A stretch of 62,212 nucleotides of DNA, the filler included, from Chiloscyllium plagiosum (Eukaryota), in assembly GCF_004010195.1 (NCBI RefSeq). It is 3 parts of one record of this genome, joined end to end, with 100 filler letters (N's around TTAATTAATTAA, not from the genome) between each part and the next. Parts side by side here need not be neighbours in the genome. Positions count along the whole stretch, not along the records: positions 1 to 24,822 come from NC_057712.1; positions 24,923 to 52,523 come from NC_057712.1; 1 more part is not named here. One strand, given 5' to 3'. The position numbers and the translations under genes were made by a program. This document shows, piece by piece, positions 12,601-25,109 of the stretch. The notes under the pieces were generated by a model. It ran no database searches. It had not been told where the DNA came from and saw only the letters and a list, made by a program, of their open reading frames with translations. Numbering within the stretch: position 1 is the stretch's first letter; the number at the start of each line of letters is the position of its first letter.

Positions 12601-14310
12601 TATGTTCTTGGGAGTTCAAAAGAATGAGAAGTAATTGCTTTCAAGTTTACAGGATTTAGAAAGGGGTTTGACAGGTCAAATGCTTAGAAGGTGTGCCTCG
12701 TGTCTGAGGAAATCCTTAACACAAAGGCACTGTCTCAGGATAAGAGACTATCCATTTAGAACATAGAGGAGCAAAATTTCTTCAGTTGATGAAATGTTCT
12801 ATTTTGGGATTCTCTTCCCTTCATCACTGCATGGACACTTCATCACTGCATGTTTTACGGCTGTGATGTACAAATTATTGGGATCTCGGGGAACTAAGGG
12901 ATAAGGGGAGAATACATGTAAAGTGTTGATGGAGCCAAAGATGAGCCATGATTGAATGGCAGAACAAATTTGTTTGGGCCCTTCCTGCTCCTGTTTCTTA
13001 TGTTATTTTCATACCAACTCCAAGACATCATGACAAGCGTTCCTGAATGTATTGACTTTGGCTCAAACATCTTCAGCTGCTTTTATCAATGACCATCCTT
13101 CCATCATATTGTCAGAAGTAGGGGTGTTTGCTGATGATGGTACAGTGGGCTGTATTGTTCCTAACTGCTTAGATACAAACACATGCAGTAAAACCTGAAT
13201 AACATTCAGGCTTGGACATGAGTGGTAATGAATTGCAACTTCACACAAGTGACGGGCAATTGTCATATCCTACAAGAGTGTATCTACCTTTCCTTGATCT
13301 TTAGAATTTTAAACATTGCTGAATACCCCACTATCATAAACCTGGAGGCAACCATTGACCCAGAAACTGAGCTAAACTAAGTACATAAATACTGTGGTTA
13401 CAGAAGCAGTTCAGAGACTGAATGCAACAAGTAGCTCAACTCCTCACTCCTGTTCTCCATCGTAAAGCACAAGACATGAACATGATAGAATACTCTTCAT
13501 GTGCCTAAATGGGTGCAGCTCCAACAGCACTCAAGCAGATTGACACTGTCCAGGACAAAACAGCCCACTTGATCAGCACCACTTCACAGATACTCAGTTT
13601 CTCCATCATTAGGGTACAGTGGCAACAGTGTGTATCATCTACAAGACAGACTGCAGCTGCTCCCCAGTGCTTCTTTAAGAATCTTTCAAACTCATGACCA
13701 CTGCCATCTCGAAGGATGAGGGTAGCAGGTTCACCCCTTACTGTCCTAACATGGAAATATTTATCACCCTCCTTTTTCGTCAAACTGAAGGAACTCCCTA
13801 ACAGCACTTTAGAGTCATCGGGATCTACAGCTTGGTTCAAGGACCTTTGACCCATCGCATCCATGCTGGTCAAAAACAGCCTCCCTGCTCCTGTCTCACA
13901 GCCTCATATGCCTTGGCACTGCAAGTGCACATCTAAATGCTTCTTTAACCTCATTAGTGTTTCTACCTCTCCAGACTCCCACCACCCCGAGGTGAAAACG
14001 TTTTTCCTCACATCCCTCCAAACCTCTTACCCCTTCCCAAAATGTCTGCCCCAGGTTATTGATCCCTCCATTAAGGGAAAAGTTCTTTCATGTTTACCCT
14101 AACTTTGCTCCCATGATTTTATATATCTCAATCATGTCCCCTCTATAAGGAAAACAGTATACTTTAGAAAACAGTATATTTACCTACAGTATATCGTGCT
14201 GACAGCATCAGTTCAAAAAGGAGGTTCACCACCACCTTGACAAGGACAATTAGAAGTGGGCAGTGTGTGCTGGACTAGCCAGGGATGTCCATGTCCCATG
14301 TCCCATGAAA
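9650..14310 (+). mobile_element. Fragmented old CR1-clade LINE with nested insertions (RTE, HE1 tail at about 11365-11535, second CR1 at about 11720-13010)
   Basis: The (G)SFKVHHQ endonuclease motif near 9770, FADD (tttgctgatgat) at 13127 and QDKTAHLI at about 13550 all occur in order. Confidence 0.7.
10150..10630 (-). mobile_element. RTE-clade LINE 3' fragment
   Basis: The minus strand encodes a C-terminal zinc-finger-like ...FSHMRTH, and ALKKD/W-rich segments typical of RTE ORF ends. Confidence 0.6.
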
Positions 14311-16112
14311 CATTTTTATGAATGACTTTTTCTGTGCTTGCTTTATGTAACCAGACATGCCTTTAATCTGAGAATTCATCTTTTCAAAGACTAATTAATT
14401 TAATCTGAAAATCAGAGGTTTAAGAATTGTTAAATGGCATGTTGATTCCATTCATGCAATGTAATATGGAATTGAAATTGAATGGTCTGATCTTCATAAT
14501 AATCGTGAGTTTGTCTGCAATTCCTCTGTCAACTCTTTTAATAAGCACTGAAAAGCTTTAAGTAAAAAATGAGCTACTTTATCCCAAACACTCCAATGTA
14601 CTTATTATGATATTTCACCATGTCTCTCAGCCCAGTATTTATAGTAACTTTATTTATAGTTCTTTATTTTTGTAATCTCAATTAAAAATAACACATTTGC
14701 AGTTTCCTCAAGGTAAGACCCTGAATTGAGATACCCCTTTAGGATTGGGACCAGTTGAAGGATATTTCTGGAGAGGGAGAGAGAGAGGAATGTAAACATT
14801 CAATGGCTAATTGTCTCCTTCGATAAGAAAAAAAAATTGAGCTGTGTATTTTGAAATAAAAATATTTGACAGCCACTGTAGTGGAATAGATTATCATAAC
14901 AGCAATTAAGAGACCTTCAAATAAACTCAGTGACACAGGGTTAATTGAGTTTTCATCTCTGCTTTGTATTGCACTGGGTAAATGATCTGTCACAGCCAAT
15001 GCTGTTGCCACAGTCGTAGAATTAAGTGAGCTGGATTATTGCTGGAAACATACTTGTCGTACATACTCTTTCTACTTATGGTGCTGTCAGAAGCACTTAG
15101 ATCAGATATTAATCTGGTATATTTTCAATATGTGTGGAGTTAAACAAATGATCAAAAATCCCCATGTCTTTTGTATAAACTGGTGTCTAAAGATGTATGT
15201 ATAGACGTACCAGAATGGTGCTGCTTGGTGACTTGATATTCTGTTTTCATGTGGGCAAATTAATCAGGAAAAGTTAATTAGATGGATCTCTTGCTTCTTT
15301 CCACGTTCAATGCCAGAACTCCATGGAGACGGTGTGAACAAGCCATTGTGTTAGGCTCCAGCATTTTCTTTCCCTGCTGACAATCTGGGAAAAGATTCCC
15401 TTTCTGTAGTGCAGATAAAAATGTTCACCACACAAAAATAATGTTTGACCATGTTTAATTAGTTTGAAGCACTTCATACAGTGACTCCGGCACATAAACA
15501 CGCTTGGAATATTTTTATTGTGCTTACAGTCCAATTTCAAGTTTATCTGTGATATTGGACTGTTGCATGGCAGTAAGGATGTGTATTGTGAAGGAACACT
15601 GATGTTCAGACAGAGGTCTGAGACATAAGGGTTAGGGTCTGGTGAAGAATAGAAATTCATGGTTTCTATGATATTTTGAGTTCATTGGGATTTAGCATTT
15701 CAGATATTCAGACAAATATAAACACAAAAGACTTTTGAGCAGGTGCTTCAGTTGAACTGTGTTGGGGCCAATTTCCTGGCAAATGCAATACCTATGGCTG
15801 TGCAGAGGATTTAAAATAATGGGAGGGTTTAGGAGAGGGGAAATGTAGGCTTACGTAGCAAAAGAACATGACAGCATTGCAGACCATTATATCATCAAGA
15901 CATCTAGATCCACAACACAGAAAAATGCCCTTTGGCCCATCGAGTCTGTGCCCCTCCAAAACAAACAACCAACTAAATCTAATCCCATTAATTTGGATAA
16001 TGAATACCTGGAATGGAACAGTTGGGGGGCAAAAGTGTAAAAACATGGAATAACAGCAGCAAAGAGGAACATGGGGCAAACCAATGCTAAATGTTCAATA
16101 TTAATGACTCTT

Positions 16113-16432
16113 TCATGGCACAGTGACTCAGTGGTTGGCACTGCTGCCTCACAATGCCAGAAACCCAGATTCAATTCCACCCTCAGGCGACTATCTGTGT
16201 GGAGTTTGCACATTCTCCCCATGTCTGCATGCATTTCCTCTCGGTGCTCCAGTTTCCTGCCAAGGTCCGAAGATGTGTCCATAGCGTTTTGGGATGTGCA
16301 GGCTAGGTGGATTAGTCATGGGAAATGCAGGGTTACAGGGATGGGGTGGGTCTGGGTAGGATGCTCTTAAGAGGGTCGGTGTGGACTCGATGGGCTGAAT
16401 GGTCTGCTTCCACACTGTAGGGATTCTATGAT
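16113..16432 (+). mobile_element. HE1-type V-SINE
   Basis: tRNA head, V-domain gtgtggagtttgcacattctcccc and tail ccacactgtagggattctatga. Confidence 0.9.
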
Positions 16433-18858
16433 TTCATGAAATACACACAGCCTTTGGAACAGAATAAATGAATTACCAACACAAATGCAGGTTATTATGA
16501 TAATACAGTCATTACAGAGACATGATTATAAGGAGATGACAGCTGAGAAAGGGTTTGGGATCCTTGAAGGGAAGGGGGTGCAGCCCTAAGTCGTGGTCTA
16601 CATAGGCACCAATGACATAGGTAGGAAAAGAGATGGGAATTTAAGGCAGAAATTCAAGCTCTAAGTTAGGGTGGAAGCTTAGAGCTAGAACAAACAGTTG
16701 TTGGCTCTGTTAGTTGCCCGCGCTACATGTTAGCAAGGCAAGGAATAGGGTGAAAGAGAGGAGTTGAACACATGACTACAAGGATGGTACAGGACGGAGG
16801 GTTTCAGATACATGGATAATTGGGGCTCATTCTGGTGTAGGTGGGACCTCTATGAACAGGATGGTCTACACCTGAACCAATATCCTGGGGGAGGATATTT
16901 GCTAATACACTTTGGAAGGGTTTAAACTAATTCAGCAGGGGGTTGGGTACCTAAATTGTAGCTCCAGTGTCTAGGAGGTTGAGAGCAGTGAGGTCAGAAA
17001 TGAGGTTTCAAGGTCGCAAGAGTTCACTGGCAAGCTGGAAGGTGGTTTGAAGTGTGTCTACTTCAACGCTAGGAGCATCTGGAATAAGGTGGGTGAACTT
17101 GCAGCATGGGTTGGTACCTGGGACTTCGATGTTGTGGCCATTTTGGAGATATGGATAGAGCAATGACAGGAACGGTTGTTGCAGATTCCGGGATTTAGAT
17201 GTTTCAGTACGAACAGGGAAGATGGTTATAAAAGGGGGCGGTGTGGCATTGTTAGTCAAAGACAGTGTTACGATGGCAGGATGTTTGAGGAGTTGTCTTC
17301 TGCAATAGTATGGGCTGGGGTTAGAAACAGGAAAGGAGTGGTCACCCTGTTGGGAGTTTGCTATAGGCCTCTAAATAGTTTCAGAGATGTAGAGGATAGG
17401 ATAGCAAAGTCCTGGATAGGAGAGAGAGCAACACAGTAATTATTAGGGGACTTTAATTTTCCAATTATTGACTGGGAATACTATAGTTCAAATATTTTAG
17501 ATGGGTCAGTTTTTGTCCGATATGTGCAGGAAGGTTTCCTGACTCAATATGTAGACAGGCAAACAGTGACCCCGGCCAGGTGTTAGATTTGGAAGTAGGT
17601 GAGCACTTTGGTAATTGTGACCACAATTCAGTTACATTTACTTCAGCGATAGAAAGGGACAGGTATATACTGCAGGGCAACAATTATTGCTGGGGGAAAG
17701 GCAATTATGATGTGATTAGGCAAGATTTAGGATGCATAGGATGGGGAAGGAAACTGCAGGGGATGGGCACAATTGAAATGTGGAGCTTATTCAAGGAACT
17801 GCTACTGTGGGTAATTGATAAGTATGTACCTGTCAGGCAGGGAGGAAGCTGTAGAGCGCGGAACCGTGGTTTACTAAAGAAGTTAAATCTCTTGTCAAGA
17901 GGAAGAAGAAGGCGTATGTTTGAATGAGACGTGAAGGTTCAGTTAGGGCACTTGAGAGTTACAAATTAGCTAGGAAAGACCTAAAGAGACTATAGAAAGA
18001 CTAGGGCCAATCAAGGGATAGTAATGGGAAGTTGTGTGTGGAGTCCGAGAAGATAGGAGAAGCGTCAAATGAATGTTTTCATCAGTATTCACACTGGAAC
18101 AAGACAATGCGGTTAAGGAGAATACTGAGACACAGGCTACTAGACTAAATTGTGTTTCACAAGGAGGAGGTGTTAGCAATTCTGGAAAATGTGAAAGTAG
18201 CTAAGACCTGGGCTGGATGGGATGAATCCTAGGATTCTCTGGGAAGCCAGGGAGGTGATTGCAGAGCATTTGGCTTTGATCTGTATGTCGTCATTGTCTG
18301 CAAGAATAGTGCCAGAAGCCTGAAGGATAGCTAATGTTGTCCCCTTGTTCAAGAAGGGGAGTAGAGACAATCTTTGTGATTTTAGGCCAGTAAGCCTTAC
18401 TTTGGTTGTGGGTAAACTATTGGAAAAGGTTATAAGAGAGAGGATTTATAATCATCCAGAGAGGAATAAGTTGATTAGGGATGGCCAACATGATTTTGTG
18501 AAGGGTCTGTCGTGCCTCACAAGCCTTAGGAGTTCTTTGAGAAGGTGACCAAACAGGTGGTTGAGGGCAGAGCGGTTGATGTGGTGTATATGGATTTCAG
18601 TAAGGTGTTTGATATGGTTCCCCATGGTAGGCCATTGCACAAATTAAGGAGGCATGGGATTGAGGGTGATTTAGCAGTTTGAATCAGAAATTGGCTAGCT
18701 GAAAGAAGACAGAGGGTGGTGGTTGATGGAAAATGTTCATCCTGGAGTTCAGTTACCAGTGGTGTACCGCAAGGCTCGGTGTTGGGTCCACTACTGTTCA
18801 TAATTTTTATAAATAACCTAGATATGAGGGCTTAGAAGGCTGGGTTAGTAAATTTGTG

Positions 18859-19466
18859 CTGAAAATGTGTTGCTGAAAATGTGTTGCTGGAAAAGCGCAG
18901 CAGGTCAGGCAGCAACCAAGGAACAGGAGAATCGACGTTTCGGGCATAAGCCCTTCTTCAGGAATGAGGAAAGTGTGTCCAGCAGGCTAAGATAAAAGGT
19001 AGGGAGGAGGGATTGGGGGAGGGGCGTTGGAAATGCGATAGGTGGAGGGAGGTCAAGGTGAGGGTGATAGGCCGGAGTGGGGTGGGGGCGGAGAGATCAG
19101 GAAGAAGATTGCAGGTTAGGAAGGCGGTGCTGAGTTCGAGGGATTTGACTGAGACAAGGTGGGGGGAGGGGAAATGAGGAAACTGGAGAAATCTGAGTTC
19201 ATCCCTTGTGGTTGGAGGGTTCCCAGGCAGAAGATGAGGCGCTCTTCCTCCAACCGTCGTGTTGCCATGGTCTGGTGATGGAGGAGTCCAAGGACCTGCA
19301 TGTCCTTGCTGGAGTGGGAGGGGGAGTTAAAGTGTTGGGCTACGGGGTGGTTGGGTTGGTTGGTCCAGGTGTCCCAGAGGTGTTCTCTGAAACGTTCCGC
19401 AAGTAGGTGGCCAGCAACACATTCTCAGCTCTGATCTCCAGCATCTGCAGCCCTCACTTTCTCCCC
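18859..19466 (-). mobile_element. Penelope-like element fragment (GIY-YIG C-terminus, terminal repeat, short inverted end), 14-bp TSD
   Basis: RRLEEERLIFCLGTLQPQGMN. TSD ttagtaaatttgtg at 18845-18858 and 19467-19480. Confidence 0.9.
18930..18966 (-). ncRNA. Minimal type-I hammerhead ribozyme core
   Basis: The minus strand reads CUGAAGA-A-GGGC(UUAU)GCCC-GAAA-C-GUC. Confidence 0.75.
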
Positions 19467-20600
19467 TTAGTAAATTTGTGGATGACATTAAGGTTGGTGG
19501 AATTATGGATAGTGCTGAAGAATGTTGCAGGTTACATGGGACATAGATAAGCTGCAGAGCTGGACTGAGAGATGGCAAATGGAGTTTAATGCGGTAAAGT
19601 GTGAGGTGATTCACTTTGGAAGGGACAACAGGAATAAAGAGTACTGGGCTAATGGTAAGATTCTTAGTAGTGTAGATGAGCAGAGAAATCTCGGTTTCCA
19701 TGTACACAGATCCCTGAAAGTTGCCACCCAGATTGATAGGGTTGTTAAGAAAGCATACGGTGCATTAGCTTTTATTGGTTAAAGGGATTGAGTTTCACAA
19801 CCATGAGGTCATGCTGCAGCTGTACAAAACTCTGGTGCGGCCACATTTGGAGTATTGTGTACAGTTCTGGTCACTGCATTATAGTAAGGATGTGGAATCT
19901 TTGGAGAGGAGATTTACCAGGATGTTGCCTGGTATGGAGGGAAGATCTTATGAGGAAAGGCTGAGGGACTTGAGGCTGTTTTCATTACAGAGAAGAAGGT
20001 TGAGAGGTGACTTAAATGAGACCTATAAGATAAGCAGAGGGTTAGATAGGGTGGACAGGGAGAGCCTTTTTCCTTGGATGGCGATGGCTAGCATGAAGGG
20101 ACTTAGCTTTAAATTGAGGGGAGGTAGATATAAGACGAATGTCAGAGGTAGTTTTTTTACTCAGGGAGTAATAGGGGTGTGGAGCACTCTGCCTGCAACA
20201 GTAGTAAACTCACCAACTTTAAGGGCGCTTAAATGGTCATTGGATAGACATATGGATGAGAATGGAATAGTGAAGGATAGATAGGTTTCAGCTTGGTTCC
20301 ACAGGTCAGCACAACATTGAGGGCCGAAGAGCCTGTACTGCGAATTTACTATGGAAAAGGACATGGAAGATATACAATGTAGGGGAAATAGATGGTGACA
20401 TCTTGGAAAAAAACGTCCATATTACAGAGGAGGAAGTGCTGGATGTCTTGAAATGCATAAAGGTGAATAAATCCCCTGGACCTGATCAGGTGTACCCTAG
20501 AACTCTTTGGGAAGCTAGAGAAGTGATTGCTGGGCCCCTTGCTGAGATATTCACAGGTGAGGTGCTGGAAGACTGGAGGTTGGCTAACGTGGTGCCACTA

Positions 20601-21037
20601 GGTAAAAACAATGACTGCAGATGCTGGAAACCAGATTCTGGATTAGTGGTGCTGGAAGAGCAAAGCAGTTCAGGCAGCATCCAAGGAGCAGTAAAATCGA
20701 CGTTTCGGGCAAAAGCCCTTCACCAGGAATACAGGCAGAGTGCCTGAAGGGTGGAGAGATAAATGAGAGAAGGGTGAGGGTGGGGAGAAAATAGCATAGA
20801 GTACAATAGCTGAGTGGGGGGTGGGGATGGAGGTGATAGATCAGGGAGGAGGGTGGAGTAGATAAGTGGAAAAGAAGATAGGCAGGTAGGACAAGTTGTG
20901 GGGACAGTGCTGAGCTGGAAGTTTGGAACTATGGTGAGGTGGGGGAAGGGGAAATGAGGAAACTATTGAAGTCCACATTGATGCTCTGGGGTTGAAGTGT
21001 TCCGAAGCGGAAGATGAGGCGTTCTTCCTCCAGGCGT
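20601..21037 (-). mobile_element. Penelope-like element terminal repeat and GIY-YIG tail, cut by a gap
   Basis: LEEERLIFRFGTLQPQ on minus, with a hammerhead-like core bearing a CUGGUGA mutation at about 20696-20730. Confidence 0.85.
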
Positions 21038-21579
21038 NNNNNNNNNNNNNNNNNNNNNNNNNNNNNNNNNNNNNNNNNNNNNNNNNNNNNNNNNNNNNNN
21101 NNNNNNNNNNNNNNNNNNNNNNNNNNNNNNNNNNNNNNNNNNNNNNNNNNNNNNNNNNNNNNNNNNNNNNNNNNNNNNNNNNNNNNNNNNNNNNNNNNNN
21201 NNNNNNNNNNNNNNNNNNNNNNNNNNNNNNNNNNNNNNNNNNNNNNNNNNNNNNNNNNNNNNNNNNNNNNNNNNNNNNNNNNNNNNNNNNNNNNNNNNNN
21301 NNNNNNNNNNNNNNNNNNNNNNNNNNNNNNNNNNNNNNNNNNNNNNNNNNNNNNNNNNNNNNNNNNNNNNNNNNNNNNNNNNNNNNNNNNNNNNNNNNNN
21401 NNNNNNNNNNNNNNNNNNNNNNNNNNNNNNNNNNNNNNNNNNNNNNNNNNNNNNNNNNNNNNNNNNNNNNNNNNNNNNNNNNNNNNNNNNNNNNNNNNNN
21501 NNNNNNNNNNNNNNNNNNNNNNNNNNNNNNNNNNNNNNNNNNNNNNNNNNNNNNNNNNNNNNNNNNNNNNNNNNNNNNN
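21038..21579. other. Assembly gap
   Basis: Run of N. Confidence 1.
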
Positions 21580-22918
21580 TAAGTAGGATAGTGAAGAAGG
21601 TGTTTGGTATGCTTTCCTTTATTGGTCAGAGTATTGAGTACAGGAGTTGGGAGGTCATGTTGCGGCTGTACAGGACATTGGTTAGACCACTGTTGGAATA
21701 TTGCATGCAATTCTGGTCTCCTTCCTATCAGAAAGATGTTGTGAAGCTTGAAAGGGTTCAGAAAAGATTTACAAGGATGTTGCCAGGGTTGGAGGATTTG
21801 AGCTACAGGGAGAGACTGAATAGGCTGGGGCTGTTTTCTTTGGAGTGTCGGAGGCTGAGGGGTGACCTTATAGAGGTTTACAAAATTATGAGGGACATGG
21901 ATAGGATAAATAGGCAAAGTCTTTTCCCTGGGGTAGGGGAGTCCAGACCTTGAGGGCATAGGTTTAGTGTGAGAGAGGAAAGATATAAAAGAGACTTAAG
22001 AGGCAACATTTTCACTCAGAGGATGATACATGTATGGAATGAGCTACCAGAGGAAGTGGTGCAGGCTGGTACAATTGCAACATTTAAGAGGCATTTGGAT
22101 GGGTATATGAATAGGAAGGGTTTGGAGGGATATGGACTAGGTGCTGGCAGGTAGATTGGGTCGGCATGGACGGTTGGACCGAAGGGTCTGTTTCCATGCT
22201 GTACATCTCTACAACTCTAAGTTCTCTGAATTAGTAAGCAGCTAAGAATTAGAGTCAGGAACTAGAAGACCTGGGGAGCTGATAAAGTTGGAAGGTCTGT
22301 TTCCGTGCTGTACATCTCTATGACTCTATGGCTCTATGTTCTAAATATTTGGGGTATATGACTTTTCAGAGGAACCAGCAGCAGGAAAGGATGGTGGTGT
22401 AGTTTTGTTAGTATGCAATGGAATATAAGTACGATAGGACGAGATCATCTTGGATCAGATCAATAGATAAAATTTGACCGAGGGAAGAAGATACTAGTGG
22501 AAGTCCTCTTTTGGCCCCTTAATAGTACCTATACTGGAGAACACAATAAATCAGGAGATAATGTGGGCATGTCAAAATGTGGGCATGATAACATTACACT
22601 TCCTGTCGATTAGGGAAATTAAGTTGACTGAGGTAGCCATGAGAAAGAACTGATAGTTTCTTCCAGCAAAATGTTGCAGACCCAACCAGTGATCAGACGA
22701 TTTGGGTCTGAGAATGTGTAGTGCAATGGGTTTCATAAAGAATCTGAGTAAAAGATCCCCAGCGGAACAGTGACCATAATTTGGCATTCAGTTTGGGGAT
22801 TACAACTGGGAGTGGAAACAACTGTGCTAAACTTAAATAAAGGTAATTATAAAGGAATGAAGGCAGCGTTGGCTGGAATAGATAAGGGAAGGAGTTCAGC
22901 AGAAAATACAGTTGATAA

Positions 22919-24331
22919 TCATAGAACATAGAAAAATACAGCGCAGTACAGGCCCTTTGGCCCTCAATGTTGTGCCAATCCAAGCCCACCTAACCTACAT
23001 TAGCCCACTATCCTCCATATGCCTATCCAATGCCCGTTTAAATGCCCATAAAGAGGGAAAGTCCACCACTGCTACTGGCAGGGCATTCCATGAACTCACG
23101 ACTCGCTGAGTAAAGAATCTACCCCTAACATCTGTCCTATACCTACCACCCCTTAATTTAAAGCTATGCCCCCTCGTAATAGCTGACTCCATACATGGAA
23201 AAAGGTTCTCATGGTCAACCCTAACTAAACCCCTAATCATCTTGTACACCTCTACCAAGTCACCCCTAAACCTTCTTTTCTCCAATGAAAACAACCCCAA
23301 GTGCCTCAACCTTTCCTCATACGATCTTCCTACCATACCAGGCAACATCCCGGTAAACCTCCTCTGCACCCGTTCCAGTACCTCCACATCCTTCCTATAG
23401 TATGGAGACCAAAACTGCACACAATACTCCAGATGCAGCCGCACCAGAGTCTTATACAACTGCAACATGACCACAGTACTCCGGAACTCAATTCCTCTAC
23501 CAATAAAAGCCAGTACGCCATATGCCTCCTTCACCGCACTATTTACCTGGGTGGCAACTTTCAAAGATTTGTGTACATGGACACCAAGACCCCTCTGCTC
23601 ATCAACACTACCAAGTATCCGACCATTAGCCCAGTACCCCATCTCTTTGTTATTCTTCCCAAAGTGAATCACCTCACACTTAGCTACATTGAACTCCACT
23701 TGCCACCTTTCTGCCCAGTTCTGCAGCTTATCTATATCCCGCTGTAACCTGACACATCCTTCCTCACTGTCAACAACTCCACCGACTTTCATATCATCCG
23801 CAAACTTGCTCACCCAACCTTCTAACCCCTCTTCCAGGTCATTTATAAAAATGACAAACAGCAATGGTCCCAAAACAGATCCTTGCGGAACACCGCTAGT
23901 GACGGCACTCCATGAAGAAACTTTGCCATCAACTACTACCCTCTGTCTTCTTCCAGCCAGCCAAATCCTAATCCAAACCTCCAACTCACCCTCAATGCCA
24001 TACCTCCGTATTGTTTGCAGTAGTCTACCATGGGGAACCTTATCAAACGCCTTACTAAAATCCATATATACCACATCTACCGCTATCCCCTCATCAACCT
24101 CCTTCGTCACCATTTCAAAGAATTCAATAAGGTTTGTGAGGCACGACCTGCCCTTCACAAAACCATGCTGACTATCCTTGATCACATTATTCCTATCCAG
24201 ATGTGCATAAATCCTATCCCTTACAATTCTCTCTAAGATTTTACCCACAACAGAAGTGAGACTCACCGGCCTATAGTTACTAGGGCTATCCCTACTCCCC
24301 TTTTTGAACAAGGGAACCACATTTGCTAGCC
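22919..24331 (-). mobile_element. Young 5'-truncated CR1 with an uninterrupted RT-to-C-terminus frame
   Basis: 441-aa ORF 22995..24320 with [38 protein letters not shown] and a (ttctatg)n tail. Confidence 0.95.
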
Positions 24332-24339
24332 ACAGCTAG

Positions 24340-24822
24340 AATAATGCTGTGGCCTATGAATCATCAATATTGTTTGTAAATAATCCTGTTCCTTGAGGAT
24401 GGTCAATACTGTGTGGGAATAATCCTGTGGCCTGAGGATTGTCAATACTATGTGGGAACAATCCTGTGACCTGCAAATGTTGAAGACAGAGTGTTCATTA
24501 ATCCTGTGGCCGTGCGCTAGTCAATGCTGTGCCTAAATAATCCTGTGCTCTTTGAATGGTCAATACTGTGTGTGAATATTGCTGTGGCCTGAGAATCGTC
24601 AATCCTGCGTGGAAATAATCCTGTGACGTGTAAATGATCAAGACAGTGTGTTCATTAATGCAGTGGCCATATGGTGGTCAATACTGTGTGTGAATAATCC
24701 TGTGGACTGAGAATGGTCAATATTGTGTGGGAATAACCGTTGGGCCGAAGGATAGTCAATACTGTGTGTGTTAAATATCCTGCTGCCCGAGGATGTTCAA
24801 TACAGCGAGTGAATAATCCTGT
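24340..24822. repeat. Minisatellite with a 39-bp unit, about 12 diverged copies
   Basis: Unit aataatcctgtggcctgaggatggtcaatactgtgtggg, running into a gap. Confidence 0.9.
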
Positions 24823-24922
24823 NNNNNNNNNNNNNNNNNNNNNNNNNNNNNNNNNNNNNNNNNNNNTTAATTAATTAANNNNNNNNNNNNNNNNNNNNNN
24901 NNNNNNNNNNNNNNNNNNNNNN
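24823..24922. other. Scaffold gap with an artificial TTAATTAATTAA linker
   Basis: N44-ttaattaattaa-N44. The same structure occurs at 52524-52623. Confidence 0.95.
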
Positions 24923-25109
24923 CTCCACACAGTCAGTTGCCTGAGGCAGGAATTGAACCCAGGTCTCTGGTACGGTGAGGCAGCAGTGCTAACCACTGTG
25001 CCACCCATATTACATTATCCACGTATCAAATCAGGTTGTGAGGTATTTACACAAAGTAATGTGTCTTTGCAACAACACCAGAGTATCCAGGAACACTGGC
25101 ACCAATGCC

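Larger units (their letters stand above)
16553..20342 (+). mobile_element. Near-full-length decayed CR1 LINE (ORF1 SGNH-esterase end plus ORF2 APE-RT), frameshifted and interrupted by a PLE
   Basis: ORF1 IGTNDIGRKR and DGLHLNQ. ORF2 [40 protein letters not shown], then the 3' UTR. Confidence 0.92.
20343..22218 (+). mobile_element. 5'-truncated CR1, interrupted by a PLE and a gap
   Basis: KSPGPDQVYPRTLWEARE...DWRLANVVP at 20403-20600, and LEYCMQFWSP...WNELPEEVV with the tail at 21580-22218. Continuity across the gap is assumed. Confidence 0.85.

Noticed and set aside
15527..15640. Minus-strand exon-like segment (similar lone acceptors near 9255 and 31743)
   Set aside because: The peptides are unrecognisable, and such signals are expected by chance in AT-rich intronic DNA.
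20841..21959. Long ORFs spanning the N run
   Set aside because: Artefacts of translating gap characters.
24867..24878. TTAATTAATTAA palindrome inside N runs (also 52568-52579)
   Set aside because: An artificial six-frame-stop scaffolding linker, not biology.
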